Below are positions 27,517 through 38,319 of a DNA stretch of 64,000 nucleotides, piece after piece; the first letter of the stretch is position 1, and the number at the start of each line of letters is the position of its first letter. The DNA comes from Nannocystis bainbridge (lineage in GTDB: Bacteria; Myxococcota_A; Polyangia; Nannocystales; Nannocystaceae). The position numbers and the translations under genes are program-made. The notes below the pieces were generated by a model. That model did no database searches. It had not been told where the DNA came from and saw only the letters and a program-made list of their open reading frames with translations. Where the stretch lies: positions 2,368,001 through 2,432,000 of the forward strand of contig NZ_JAQNDL010000001.1 of the NCBI RefSeq assembly GCF_028368995.1, read 5' to 3'.

Positions 27517-28581
27517 TTAGCCTCCGATGCTGATCATCGCCTTGTCCGGGCCTCCGTGGCCATCCAGGGCGAAAGTGTGACCCGCCTGCTTGAACCCGAG
27601 GACCGCGCGTACGCGCGCCGCGAGGGCGACCGGGCCGGCGGATCGCAGGACCGAGCGTAGATCGCCGGCGTCGTCGCGGGCGAGACAATTATGCAGCGAT
27701 CCTGCGGCAGACAGCCGCAGCCGATTGCAAGAGGCGCAGAAGTTCTCGGTCATGGGGGCGATGACGCCGACGCGGCGGCCTGCGTGAGGGCCGGAGGCGA
27801 CGCGCCAGTACGTCGCAGGGCCGAGGCCGCGCACGCCCTCGCCGCTGTCGCTCACGAGCGGCGCAGCGGCCGCGTCGGCGATGCGTTCGCGGATCTCCGC
27901 AGCCGGCATCAGCTCACCCGGGACATAGAGGCGGCCGGCAGACATCGGCATGACCTCGATGAAGCGCGGCACGTGGCCGCGCTGCCACGCCCACAGCGCG
28001 AGCTCGCCGAGCTCGCCGTCGTTGAAGCCGCGGATCGCCACGGTGTTGATCTTGATGTTCTCGAAGCCGACGTCGCCGGCAGCGTCGAGGCCGGCCAGCA
28101 CCTCCGACAGCACGCCCCGGCGGGTGATCGCGGCGAAGCGCGCGGGGTCGAGGCTGTCGAGGCTGACGGTGAGGCCGCGCAGGCCGGCGCGACGCAGCGG
28201 CCCGGCCAGCTCGGCGAGCCGGGCGCCGTTGGTGGTCAGGGCGACATCGATCGGGATCGCCGCCAGCGCCTCGACCAGCTCGACCAGGCCGCGGCGCACC
28301 ATCGGCTCACCGCCGGTGAGGCGCACGCGCTCGACGCCGAGGCCCGCGAACACCTGGACGATCGTGGCGACCTCCTCGAGCGTGAGCAGGTCGGCGCGCG
28401 CGAGCCGGTCGATGCCCTCCTCGGGCATGCAGTAGGTGCAGCGGTAGTTGCAGCGGTCGGTCAGCGAGACGCGCAAGTAGCGGATCCGCCGCGCCTGCGG
28501 GTCGACCAGAGTCCCCGGCAGGGAGGGCTCTCCGACCACCCCGGACGGCGGCCGCGCGGTGCGGAGTTGAACCAGGGTCAT
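27517..28581 (-). CDS. moaA: GTP 3',8-cyclase (molybdenum cofactor biosynthesis)
   Basis: YLRVSLTDRCNYRCTYC radical-SAM motif, RLTGGEP, FCASCNRLR and C-terminal IGG. Confidence 0.95.
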   Translation of the reverse strand: MTLVQLRTARPPSGVVGEPSLPGTLVDPQARRIRYLRVSLTDRCNYRCTYCMPEEGIDRLARADLLTLEEVATIVQVFAGLGVERVRLTGGEPMVRRGLVELVEALAAIPIDVALTTNGARLAELAGPLRRAGLRGLTVSLDSLDPARFAAITRRGVLSEVLAGLDAAGDVGFENIKINTVAIRGFNDGELGELALWAWQRGHVPRFIEVMPMSAGRLYVPGELMPAAEIRERIADAAAAPLVSDSGEGVRGLGPATYWRVASGPHAGRRVGVIAPMTENFCASCNRLRLSAAGSLHNCLARDDAGDLRSVLRSAGPVALAARVRAVLGFKQAGHTFALDGHGGPDKAMISIGG

Positions 28582-28741
28582 GCGCCGACAACCTGCTGCG
28601 ACACCTTCATGTTACCACAGGTGCGGGCAGCGCCCGCCGGGGCCGAAAGCGGGCTCGGCCACGTGGCGGCCCCTGTAGCGGGCGGCCCGTGGCCGAGTTC
28701 GTCGGCCTCGCGCGCGGCGCGGGCCGAACTCGTGATCCGGC

Positions 28742-29290
28742 TCAGTGCGCTGCGGCCTTGTGCTCGGCCTTGGCCTCGGCCTTGTGCTCGCCGCCACCGT
28801 GACCAGCGCTGTGCTCGCCGCCACCATGACCGCCGCCGTGGGCTTCGATCTCGGCGAGGATCTTGGCGCGCCGCTCGGGCACGTTGTCGACGCCGACCGG
28901 GAGGCCCTTGCCCTCGTTCGTCTGCTCCTTCCAACGGACGAACGTCTCCTGCTCGTCGTTGAGGGCGTCACGGCTCTTGAGGTCGAACATCGTGAAGCCG
29001 AAGAAGATGCCGACGAAGATGATGGTGCCGAGGAAGACGAACAGGTGGAACTTGTCGTCGTACTTCAGGTGCATGAAGTAGGCGACCACCAGCGTCGCCT
29101 TCACGAAGGCGACGACCATCGCCACCGTGAGGCTGGCGGGGCCGAGGTCGGCGAACGAGACCGCGAAGGTCAGGCCGGTGAGGACGAACAGGGCGCCGAT
29201 GACGCCGTTGTACGTGCTCATCGGCGAGATGTGCTCGTGGACCTCGTGCGGGTGCTCGACCGGCTGACCGTTGAGAAAGACCTTTGCCAT
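28742..29290 (-). CDS. ctaF: Cytochrome c oxidase subunit IV family protein with a His-rich tail
   Basis: Three TM segments with KATLVVAYFMHLKY. Confidence 0.85.
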   Translation of the reverse strand: MAKVFLNGQPVEHPHEVHEHISPMSTYNGVIGALFVLTGLTFAVSFADLGPASLTVAMVVAFVKATLVVAYFMHLKYDDKFHLFVFLGTIIFVGIFFGFTMFDLKSRDALNDEQETFVRWKEQTNEGKGLPVGVDNVPERRAKILAEIEAHGGGHGGGEHSAGHGGGEHKAEAKAEHKAAAH

Positions 29291-29312
29291 GACAATCAAC
29301 TCCGGGCGAGGG

Positions 29313-29999
29313 TCACTTGACCAGGTAGAGGAGCGGGAAGAGGAAGATCCAGACCAGGTCGACGAGGTGCCAGTAAAGGCCGGTGTTCTCGATCGCCACG
29401 TAGTTCTTGGCGCTGAACTCGCCGCGTCCGGCGCGGATGAACATCCACAACATGATGGCGAGGCCGATCACGACGTGCACGCCGTGGAGGCCGGTCATCA
29501 GGAAGTAGACGCCGAAGAAGATGTGCGGCAGGCCCTCGATCTCGTAGCCGTGGAGGTGCGCCGAGTAGAACTTGCCCGGCAGCATGCCGTGCTCGAACTT
29601 GGCGCTGTACTCGAAGTACTTGACCACCATGAAGATGCAGCCGCACAGCATGGTCAGCACGAGCATCAGGCGCAGCTTCTTGGCGTCGCCGAGCTGGATC
29701 GAGCGGACACCGAGGGCCATCGTGTACGACGAGGACAGCAGGACCACGGTGTTGATGCCGCCGGCCCACTTGCTGAGGTGCTCGTGCGCCTCGAGCACCA
29801 TCTCCGGGTAGAACATCCGGAGGATGAAGTAGGCGAGGAACAGGCCCGAGAACATCAGGATCTCGGTGGCCAGGAAGAGCCACATCCCGAGCTTCGCCGA
29901 GGCCGTCTGCTGGCCCATCGTGTCGAAGTGGTGGGCCAGGTGCGGGTTGTGCTCGTCGTCGTCGACGTGGGCGGGCGCGTGGGCGTGATCGTTGCTCAT
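29313..29999 (-). CDS. ctaE: Cytochrome c oxidase subunit III
   Basis: Motifs [18 protein letters not shown] and YWHLVDLVW. Confidence 0.95.
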   Translation of the reverse strand: MSNDHAHAPAHVDDDEHNPHLAHHFDTMGQQTASAKLGMWLFLATEILMFSGLFLAYFILRMFYPEMVLEAHEHLSKWAGGINTVVLLSSSYTMALGVRSIQLGDAKKLRLMLVLTMLCGCIFMVVKYFEYSAKFEHGMLPGKFYSAHLHGYEIEGLPHIFFGVYFLMTGLHGVHVVIGLAIMLWMFIRAGRGEFSAKNYVAIENTGLYWHLVDLVWIFLFPLLYLVK

Positions 30000-30038
30000 G
30001 GCTTCGTACCCCGGTGAAAACTCAGCGTGGAGAGGCTC

Positions 30039-31682
<1,644 letters not shown>

Positions 31683-31714
31683 GGGAAACTCCGTGGAGTG
31701 CCGCGGGCGACGCG

Positions 31715-32743
31715 TTACTTCTGGGCCTTGATGTAGGCGATGAGCGCGGCGATCTGCTTGTCGTCGAAGCGCCCGGCGAAGCTGGGCATCTGCGGGCTGA
31801 AGCCGGACACGATCTTGGCGTTGGGCTCGAGGATCGACTCGCGGATGTAGTTCTCGTCGACGGTGATCGTGCTGCCGTCGGCCAGGGTCTCGGTCTTGCC
31901 GAACAGACCCTTGAAGCTCGGGCCGGTCTTGACCGTGCCGTCGGTGGTGTGGCAGCTCGCGCAGCCGCCACGGGTGACGACGCGGGCGCCGAAGTCCTCG
32001 GCCGTCTCGGCGTCGCCCTGCTTGAGCTCGCAGGCCTTGGCGAGCACCGCCTGGTACTCCTCCTGCGGGACCACGTGGACGCGGCCGACCATGCTCGAGT
32101 GCTCGTCACCGCAGTACTCGGTGCACATCAGCGGGTACAGGCCCGCCTTGGTCGCCTCGAACCAGAGCACCGTGTAGCGCCCGGGGACCACGTCCTTCTT
32201 CAGGCGGAACGCCGGCAGGTAGAACGAGTGGATGACGTCGACCGAGGTCATGGTCAGGCGCATCGGCTGGCCGACCGGGACGTACAGGTCGTTCGTCAGC
32301 GAACAGCCCTTCACCTCGGGGTACTCGATCGTCCACGACCACTTCTGACCCGTCACCCGCACGTCCATCGCGTCCGGCGGCGGGGTCACCTGCTTCATGT
32401 ATTCGACCTCGCCCCAGATGAACAGGATGACGAAGAAGACCGTCGGGATGGCGCTCCAGATGAACTCGAGCTTGCCGTTGTGGGTCAGCGGCGAGGTCTT
32501 GGCGTGGCCATGGGCGGGCTTCTTGTACTTCCACATGAAGTACGCCTGGACCCCGATCATGCCGACGAAGGCGACGCCGCAGAGGATCCAGAAGAAGATG
32601 TAGAGCGTGTCGAGCGCCTCGGCGTTGGCCGAGGCCGCCGGCAAGAGGCTCCACGGGGAGTCCGACATCGGCGGCGTGCCCGGGTTCGAGGGCGGCAACG
32701 CTGCTTCCGCGGCGGCAGGGGCGATCAAGAGCGAGAAGAGCAC
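31715..32743 (-). CDS. ctaC: Cytochrome c oxidase subunit II with a fused cytochrome c
   Basis: GTG 32743 after GGAGG; CuA ligands DVIHSF...[12 protein letters not shown]; C-terminal CASCH...MP. Confidence 0.95.
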   Translation of the reverse strand: MLFSLLIAPAAAEAALPPSNPGTPPMSDSPWSLLPAASANAEALDTLYIFFWILCGVAFVGMIGVQAYFMWKYKKPAHGHAKTSPLTHNGKLEFIWSAIPTVFFVILFIWGEVEYMKQVTPPPDAMDVRVTGQKWSWTIEYPEVKGCSLTNDLYVPVGQPMRLTMTSVDVIHSFYLPAFRLKKDVVPGRYTVLWFEATKAGLYPLMCTEYCGDEHSSMVGRVHVVPQEEYQAVLAKACELKQGDAETAEDFGARVVTRGGCASCHTTDGTVKTGPSFKGLFGKTETLADGSTITVDENYIRESILEPNAKIVSGFSPQMPSFAGRFDDKQIAALIAYIKAQK

Positions 32744-32766
32744 GGGGTTACCTCCGCAGGACCCTG

Positions 32767-33606
32767 TCAGGTCGTGGCCCGGCGTTCGCGCCGCCAGTAC
32801 ACGAGCAGGGTTGTTCCGATCAATAACACAGTCACGGCGCCCGCGATGCGCATGAGACCGAACGCAAACGGGCCGTAGCGACCGAGGGTCGCATCGTAGT
32901 GAAAGCAACTGAGGATGAGCCGGTCGATGGTGGTCCCGACGCGACCCTCGCTCGCCTCGATGAGGCCGAACTTCAGGTCGCTGGGGTTGTACGACAGGCC
33001 GTAGACGTAGCGGGCGATCTTGCCCTCGGGGGACAGGAACGCGATCACCGCCGGGTGCGCGTACTGGTCCTGCTCCGGGTCGTACGTGTACGAAATCCCG
33101 AGCTGGGCCGCGAGCAGGCGGACGTTCAGAGCGTCGCCGGTGAGGAAGGCCCAGTCGGCGTCATCGCCCCGGTTCAGCGAGTTCAGGTGGTTCTGCCGCT
33201 TCGGTGCGGCCAGCTCCGGCGTCTCGCGCGGGTCGATGCTGACGGTGACCACCCGGAAGTGCTCGTCCCCCGGCGTCCAGTCGAGCTTGTGCAGCGCGTC
33301 GGTCAGCTCGTTGAGCTGGACGTTGCAAAGCACCGGACAGCGGAAGTAGTTCATCGTCACCAGCACCGGCCGCTTGCCGTCGAGGTAGTCCCCGAGCGTG
33401 ACCCGCTTGCCGGTGTGGTCGACGAACGCGAGGCCGCGGTCGACGTCGAGGCCGAGGTGCTCGTCGACGTCGATCGCCGTCATCGCCGGCGCCAGCATCT
33501 GGTTGCTGCCCGCCTCGCGCGCCTCACCGGGCGCAGCGCGCACGACCGCGGCCGACCCGAGGGCCAGCGCGGCGGCGAGACATGCTGCGGAGATCCGGCA
33601 AGACAT
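32767..33606 (-). CDS. SCO-family copper chaperone
   Basis: CPVLC (CxxxC), SIDP, YAHP and a C-terminal TM. Confidence 0.9.
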   Translation of the reverse strand: MSCRISAACLAAALALGSAAVVRAAPGEAREAGSNQMLAPAMTAIDVDEHLGLDVDRGLAFVDHTGKRVTLGDYLDGKRPVLVTMNYFRCPVLCNVQLNELTDALHKLDWTPGDEHFRVVTVSIDPRETPELAAPKRQNHLNSLNRGDDADWAFLTGDALNVRLLAAQLGISYTYDPEQDQYAHPAVIAFLSPEGKIARYVYGLSYNPSDLKFGLIEASEGRVGTTIDRLILSCFHYDATLGRYGPFAFGLMRIAGAVTVLLIGTTLLVYWRRERRATT

Positions 33607-33623
33607 GGCGACGACTCGACGAC

Positions 33624-34427
33624 TCAGTGGGCAGGCGCCGGCGCGGGCGTGGTCTTGCCCGGGTCGCTCTTGGCGCCGACCGGCTCGACGGTGCCGCCGG
33701 GCGCAGGCTTGCTGCTCTCGGACTGGCCCTTGTCGGCGTTGATCGGCATGGCCTCGTCCTTGGTGCCCGGGGGCAAGTTGGCGGGGGCGCCCTCGGCCGG
33801 CTTGGCGGCGCCGTCAGCCGGCGCAGCAGCGGCAGCGCCCTCGGCCGGCGCGCCCGCAGGCGCGGTGCCCCCGGCCGGCGCGGTGCCCTCGGCCGGCGCG
33901 GTGCCGTCGGCCGGAGCCGCGGCACCCTCGGCGCCCGGGACCGCGGGCGCGGTGCCGTCGGCCGGCTCACCGGCGGGCGGCGTGCCCGTCGGCGCGGCGG
34001 CCTTCTGCCCGCCCGCGGCGACGTCGTCGGGATGGACCCACCCGGCCGGCGCCGCGAAGGCGCCGATCTTCTCCGGCTTGGCGAGGATCAGGTCGCGCGC
34101 CGAAGCCAGCGGGATGTAGTTGTAGCGAGCGGCGACCTTGCCGTTGGCGTCGGTCAGCACGTCCTCGCCGGCGCCGCGGGTCCGCGCGTCCATGTCCGCC
34201 CGGTACTTGGCGAGCAGGCTCGAGCCCTCTTTGCCGCGCTCGGCGGTGAGGTCGCGGGCCTGGTCGTTGAACAGCTGCACGCAGGTGACCAGCGACAGCA
34301 GCGTCAGCGCGCCGAGGCCCCAGATGATGTTGAACAGCTCGCGCGTCGGCGGCGCGTCGAGCTCGTGGCCGCCGCCGTGGCCGTGGCCGGGGCCGTGTGA
34401 AGTGGAGTCGTGGTGATGCTCGGTCAT
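33624..34427 (-). CDS. Single-pass membrane protein, possible ActG-like small subunit, with His-rich N-terminus and Pro/Ala-rich tail
   Basis: Follows actF; one TM, YNYIPL motif and APADGT-type repeats. Confidence 0.55.
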   Translation of the reverse strand: MTEHHHDSTSHGPGHGHGGGHELDAPPTRELFNIIWGLGALTLLSLVTCVQLFNDQARDLTAERGKEGSSLLAKYRADMDARTRGAGEDVLTDANGKVAARYNYIPLASARDLILAKPEKIGAFAAPAGWVHPDDVAAGGQKAAAPTGTPPAGEPADGTAPAVPGAEGAAAPADGTAPAEGTAPAGGTAPAGAPAEGAAAAAPADGAAKPAEGAPANLPPGTKDEAMPINADKGQSESSKPAPGGTVEPVGAKSDPGKTTPAPAPAH

Positions 34428-34444
34428 GACTGCCTCCGCTCCGC

Positions 34445-35701
34445 TCAGAAGTTCTCGAACTGGATCGACTCCGCGATCCGCGGGTCACCGGTCGGGACCA
34501 GGGCCTTGCGGCCGAGCGCCCAGGTGAAGCCGGCGATGAACACGCCAGCCACGCCGAGCAGCGCCAGGAAATCGACCGGGCCGATGTGCAGGTGCATCAC
34601 GTGGTCCGTGCTCTCCTGGGCGTGGTGGTGCGCCAGGACCGGCTGGACCAGCCAGTACATGTCGACGACCTCCATGAACAGGATCCACACCGCGGCCAGC
34701 GTCAACGGCAAGGCGTTGCGCTTGGAACCGCGGGGCAGCAGGAAGAAGAACGGGATGAAGAAGCGGCCGCCGGCGAGCAGGAAGGTCAGCGGCAGGAAGT
34801 CGTCGGCGATGCGGTAACCGAACCACATCGTCTCTTCCGGGATGTTCGCGTACCAGATCAGGAAGTACTGGCTGAACGCGATGTACGTGTAGAACACCGT
34901 GAAGCCGAACAGGAACTTGCCGAGGTCGTGGAAGTGCTCGGTCGTGACGACGCCGCGCAGGTAGCCCGACTTGTGCAGCAGGATGATCGTCAGCGTGATG
35001 AACGCGAAGATCGAGAGGGCGCTGCCGGCGAAGTAGTAGACGCCGAACATGGTCGAGAACCAGTGCGGGTCGAGCGACATCAGCAGGTCGAACGCCGCGA
35101 AGGTCAGCGACAGCGCGAACAGGAACAGCGCCGGCGCGGCCCAGAACCGCATCGAGTGCGCGGCGCGCATGCCGGCCTCGGGGTTGCCGTCGGAGCCGGT
35201 GCTCTTGCCGTAGAAGAACGCCGAGAGGCCCGTCCAGACCACGAAGTACGTGATCATGCGGTACAGGAAGGACGTCTCGTTGAGGTAGCCCTTCTTCGCG
35301 TTGAGCATGAAGTCATGCTCGACCGCGGCGACGTCCGTCCAGTGATAGAGGTCGTGGGCGCCGAGGAAGATGATCGGCAGGCCGAGGAGGCACATCACCG
35401 GCAGGGTGATCATGGCGTTCTCGGCGATCCGGCGGACCGCGATCGACCAGCCGGCGCGGACCAGGTGCTGGACGATGACGAAGAACAGACCGCCGAGGCC
35501 GATGGCCAGACAGACCATGTAGGCGACCAGGTAGGCGTACCAGAACGCGTGGCTGTCGCCGTGCGAGGTCGCCCAGGCGCCGCCGATGCCGGCGGCCCCG
35601 ATCAGGAGGCCGATGATCGGCATCTTGCGCCACATCGAGCCGGCCGGGATGTGGACCTGATCGGCCGGGATGACGAACGGCTTGTCGTGAGCGTGGCTCA
35701 T
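34445..35701 (-). CDS. actF: Alternative complex III subunit ActF
   Basis: NrfD-like multi-TM protein with MSLDPHWFSTMFG, HDLGK and YFLIWYANIPEE; start ATG 35701. Confidence 0.9.
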   Translation of the reverse strand: MSHAHDKPFVIPADQVHIPAGSMWRKMPIIGLLIGAAGIGGAWATSHGDSHAFWYAYLVAYMVCLAIGLGGLFFVIVQHLVRAGWSIAVRRIAENAMITLPVMCLLGLPIIFLGAHDLYHWTDVAAVEHDFMLNAKKGYLNETSFLYRMITYFVVWTGLSAFFYGKSTGSDGNPEAGMRAAHSMRFWAAPALFLFALSLTFAAFDLLMSLDPHWFSTMFGVYYFAGSALSIFAFITLTIILLHKSGYLRGVVTTEHFHDLGKFLFGFTVFYTYIAFSQYFLIWYANIPEETMWFGYRIADDFLPLTFLLAGGRFFIPFFFLLPRGSKRNALPLTLAAVWILFMEVVDMYWLVQPVLAHHHAQESTDHVMHLHIGPVDFLALLGVAGVFIAGFTWALGRKALVPTGDPRIAESIQFENF

Positions 35702-35703
35702 GG

Positions 35704-36342
35704 CTACTTGGCCTCCTCGGGCGTGCGCGCGACCTGCAGCGTGCGGACCCACACCGAGATCGCCCAGCGGTCTTGCGCCGGGATCTGGGCGGCGTACGGC
35801 ATCATCGTGCCCTTGCCGTTGGTGATGACGTCGAAGAAGTGGCCGAGCGGCATGGCCCGGATCTGCGGGTCGTTGAGGTTCTTCGGAGCGACGCTGAAGC
35901 CGCCGCCGCGCTGAGTCGCCACGCCCTGGCCGCCGCCCGTGTAGTCGTGGCAGGGCTGGCAGTAGATGTTGTAGCGCTCCTCGCCGCGGGCCATCAGCTC
36001 GGTGCTGAGCTTGATCGCCGCCGGGAGACGGTCGAGCAGGCGGCCGTCAGGGCCGCGGCCGCGGTACAGCTCGTCGTCGTCGTGCAGCTGCCCGACGGCC
36101 ACGGTGCCGGCCAACGGCAGGCGCGCCGCCCTACCCTCGCACTGGTTCGGGTTGTGGGCCTTGGCGCAGTCGACGGTCTGGAAGAACTCGTTGACCTCCT
36201 GGGCGTCGAAGCGCTGCTGGAAGTCCATCTGGTTGATCAGGTGGACCGGGGGCAGCTCGGACCGGTTGCCCTGACAGCCCGCGAGGGCGCCGAGCGTACC
36301 GAGGCAGAGGGCGATGGCCTGGATCTGGTTCGTGCGTGCCAT
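35704..36342 (-). CDS. actE: Alternative complex III monoheme lipoprotein ActE
   Basis: Lipobox LAGC, single CQPCH, MMPYA...DRWAI. Confidence 0.9.
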   Translation of the reverse strand: MARTNQIQAIALCLGTLGALAGCQGNRSELPPVHLINQMDFQQRFDAQEVNEFFQTVDCAKAHNPNQCEGRAARLPLAGTVAVGQLHDDDELYRGRGPDGRLLDRLPAAIKLSTELMARGEERYNIYCQPCHDYTGGGQGVATQRGGGFSVAPKNLNDPQIRAMPLGHFFDVITNGKGTMMPYAAQIPAQDRWAISVWVRTLQVARTPEEAK

Positions 36343-36343
36343 G

Positions 36344-36889
36344 TCAGTCCTCGACCTCCTCGATGTGCAAGGCGCCGGTGCGCTCGAGCAGCTCGCGGGT
36401 CTTCTGCGGGTCGTACTTGGGGTCGCGCGCCTCGATGGCGATGAAGAACTTGTCGTCCGTGTGGCGCAGGAACCGCTCGCTGTTGAACAGCGAGTGGTAC
36501 CACATGGGCAGCCGGTTCAAGCCCAGCATGCCGAACACCGCGCCGAACGACGCGAACAGCACGCCGAGCTCGAACGTCACCGGCACGAAGGCCTGCCAGC
36601 TGAAGTACGGCTTGCCGGCGATGATGATCGGGTAGTCGACCGTCGAGGTCCACCACTGCAGCAGCATCGCCAGCGAGGCGCCGGTCATGCCCATGGCGAA
36701 CACGATCCACGGCAGCACGCTGGGACCGAGGCCCATGGCCTTGTCGAGGTTGTGCACCGCGAACGGCGTGTGCGAGTCCCACACCTTGTAGCCGGCGTCC
36801 CGGACCTGCTCGCACGCGTGGTAGACGGCGCGGGCCGTGTCGTACTCGGCGAGCAAGCCGTAGGTCTTCTTCTTGATGGGCTTACTCAT
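36344..36889 (-). CDS. actD: Alternative complex III subunit ActD (DUF3341-like)
   Basis: HTPFAVH, GKPYFSW, PVTFE and two TM segments. Confidence 0.9.
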   Translation of the reverse strand: MSKPIKKKTYGLLAEYDTARAVYHACEQVRDAGYKVWDSHTPFAVHNLDKAMGLGPSVLPWIVFAMGMTGASLAMLLQWWTSTVDYPIIIAGKPYFSWQAFVPVTFELGVLFASFGAVFGMLGLNRLPMWYHSLFNSERFLRHTDDKFFIAIEARDPKYDPQKTRELLERTGALHIEEVED

Positions 36890-36891
36890 GG

Positions 36892-38313
36892 CTAGTGCTG
36901 CTCCCCGTGCGAATCACCGTGCGAATCACCGTGGTAGTGCGGGTTTGCGATCGCCATCACGCTCTTGACCTCGCCGATGGCGACGGTCGGGAGGTAGCGG
37001 ACGAACAGGCAGAACAGGGTGAAGAAGAGGCCGAAGCTGCCGACCAGGGTCGACACGTCCCACACCGTCGGCGAGTAGTAGTCCCAGCTCGACGGCAGGA
37101 AGTCGCGGTGGAGCGAGGTCACCGTGATGACGAAGCGCTCGAACCACATGCCGATGTTGACGAAGATCGAGAGGATGAACAGCCACACCACCGAGCGCCG
37201 GATCCGCTTGAACCAGAAGAACTGCGGCGAGATGACGTTGCAGCTGACCATGATCCAGTAGGCCCACCAGTAGTCACCGAACAGGCGGTTCTGGAACGCG
37301 AAGCTCTCGTACGGGTTGCCCGAGTACCAGGCGATGAAGAACTCCATCGCGTACGCGTAGCCGACCATCGTGCCCGTCAGCAGGATGATCTTCGCCATGT
37401 TCTCGAGGTGCTTGACCGTGATGATGTGCTCGAGCTTGAACCAGGCCCGAACCGGCAGCAGCAGGGTGAGCACCATCGCGAAGCCGGAGAAGATGGCGCC
37501 GGCGACGAAGTAGGGCGGGAAGATCGTGGTGTGCCAGCCGGGCAGCTGCGAGGCGGCGAAGTCGAAGGACACGATCGTGTGCACGGAGAGCACCAGCGGG
37601 GTGCTCAGACCGGCGAGGATCATGTAGGCCTTCTCGTAGTTGAGCCAGTGGCGCGTGGACCCGCGCCAGCCGAGCGAGAACAGCCCGTAGGCGAAGCGCC
37701 GGATCGGCGTCTTGGCCCGGTCGCGCATCGTCGCCAGGTCGGGGATGAGGCCGACGTACCAGAACAGCAGCGAGACCGTGAAGTAGGTCGAGACCGCGAA
37801 CACGTCCCAGAGGAGCGGGCTGCGGAAGTTCGGCCACATCTCCATCTGGTTCGGCAGCGGCAGCGGCCAGTAGATGAACCAGGGGCGACCGGTGTGGAAC
37901 GTCGGGAACTGCAGCGCGCAGATGACGGCGAAGATCGTCATCGCCTCCGCGGCGCGGTTGATCGACGTGCGCCACTTCTGGCGGAACAGGAACAGAACCG
38001 CCGAGATGAGCGTCCCGGCGTGGCCGATGCCGACCCAGAACACGAAGTTGACGATCGCCCAACCCCACGCCACCGGGTTGTTGAGGCCCCAGATGCCGGT
38101 GCCCATGTAGAGCAGGTAAGCGATCGAGATGAGGTACACGCCGAGCAACATCACCGACGGGATGAACGCGATCCACCAGCGGCTGCTGGGGACCTCGATC
38201 GGCCGCGCGACGGCCTCCGTCACGTCGTGGAAGGTGACGTGGTCACCCTCGACGAGTTCCATGCGGCCGGTGATCGGGTCGAGTTCGTCTTTGTACTGAG
38301 CCATGTGCGTCAC
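36892..38313 (-). CDS. actC: Alternative complex III quinol-oxidising subunit ActC (NrfD/PsrC family)
   Basis: Motifs [32 protein letters not shown] and ERFVI. Confidence 0.93.
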   Translation of the reverse strand: MTHMAQYKDELDPITGRMELVEGDHVTFHDVTEAVARPIEVPSSRWWIAFIPSVMLLGVYLISIAYLLYMGTGIWGLNNPVAWGWAIVNFVFWVGIGHAGTLISAVLFLFRQKWRTSINRAAEAMTIFAVICALQFPTFHTGRPWFIYWPLPLPNQMEMWPNFRSPLLWDVFAVSTYFTVSLLFWYVGLIPDLATMRDRAKTPIRRFAYGLFSLGWRGSTRHWLNYEKAYMILAGLSTPLVLSVHTIVSFDFAASQLPGWHTTIFPPYFVAGAIFSGFAMVLTLLLPVRAWFKLEHIITVKHLENMAKIILLTGTMVGYAYAMEFFIAWYSGNPYESFAFQNRLFGDYWWAYWIMVSCNVISPQFFWFKRIRRSVVWLFILSIFVNIGMWFERFVITVTSLHRDFLPSSWDYYSPTVWDVSTLVGSFGLFFTLFCLFVRYLPTVAIGEVKSVMAIANPHYHGDSHGDSHGEQH

Positions 38314-38319
38314 CTGGGC

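Noticed and set aside
33780-33970. 18-bp degenerate repeats
   Set aside because: They encode an ordinary APADGT/APAEG low-complexity protein tail and are not an independent element.
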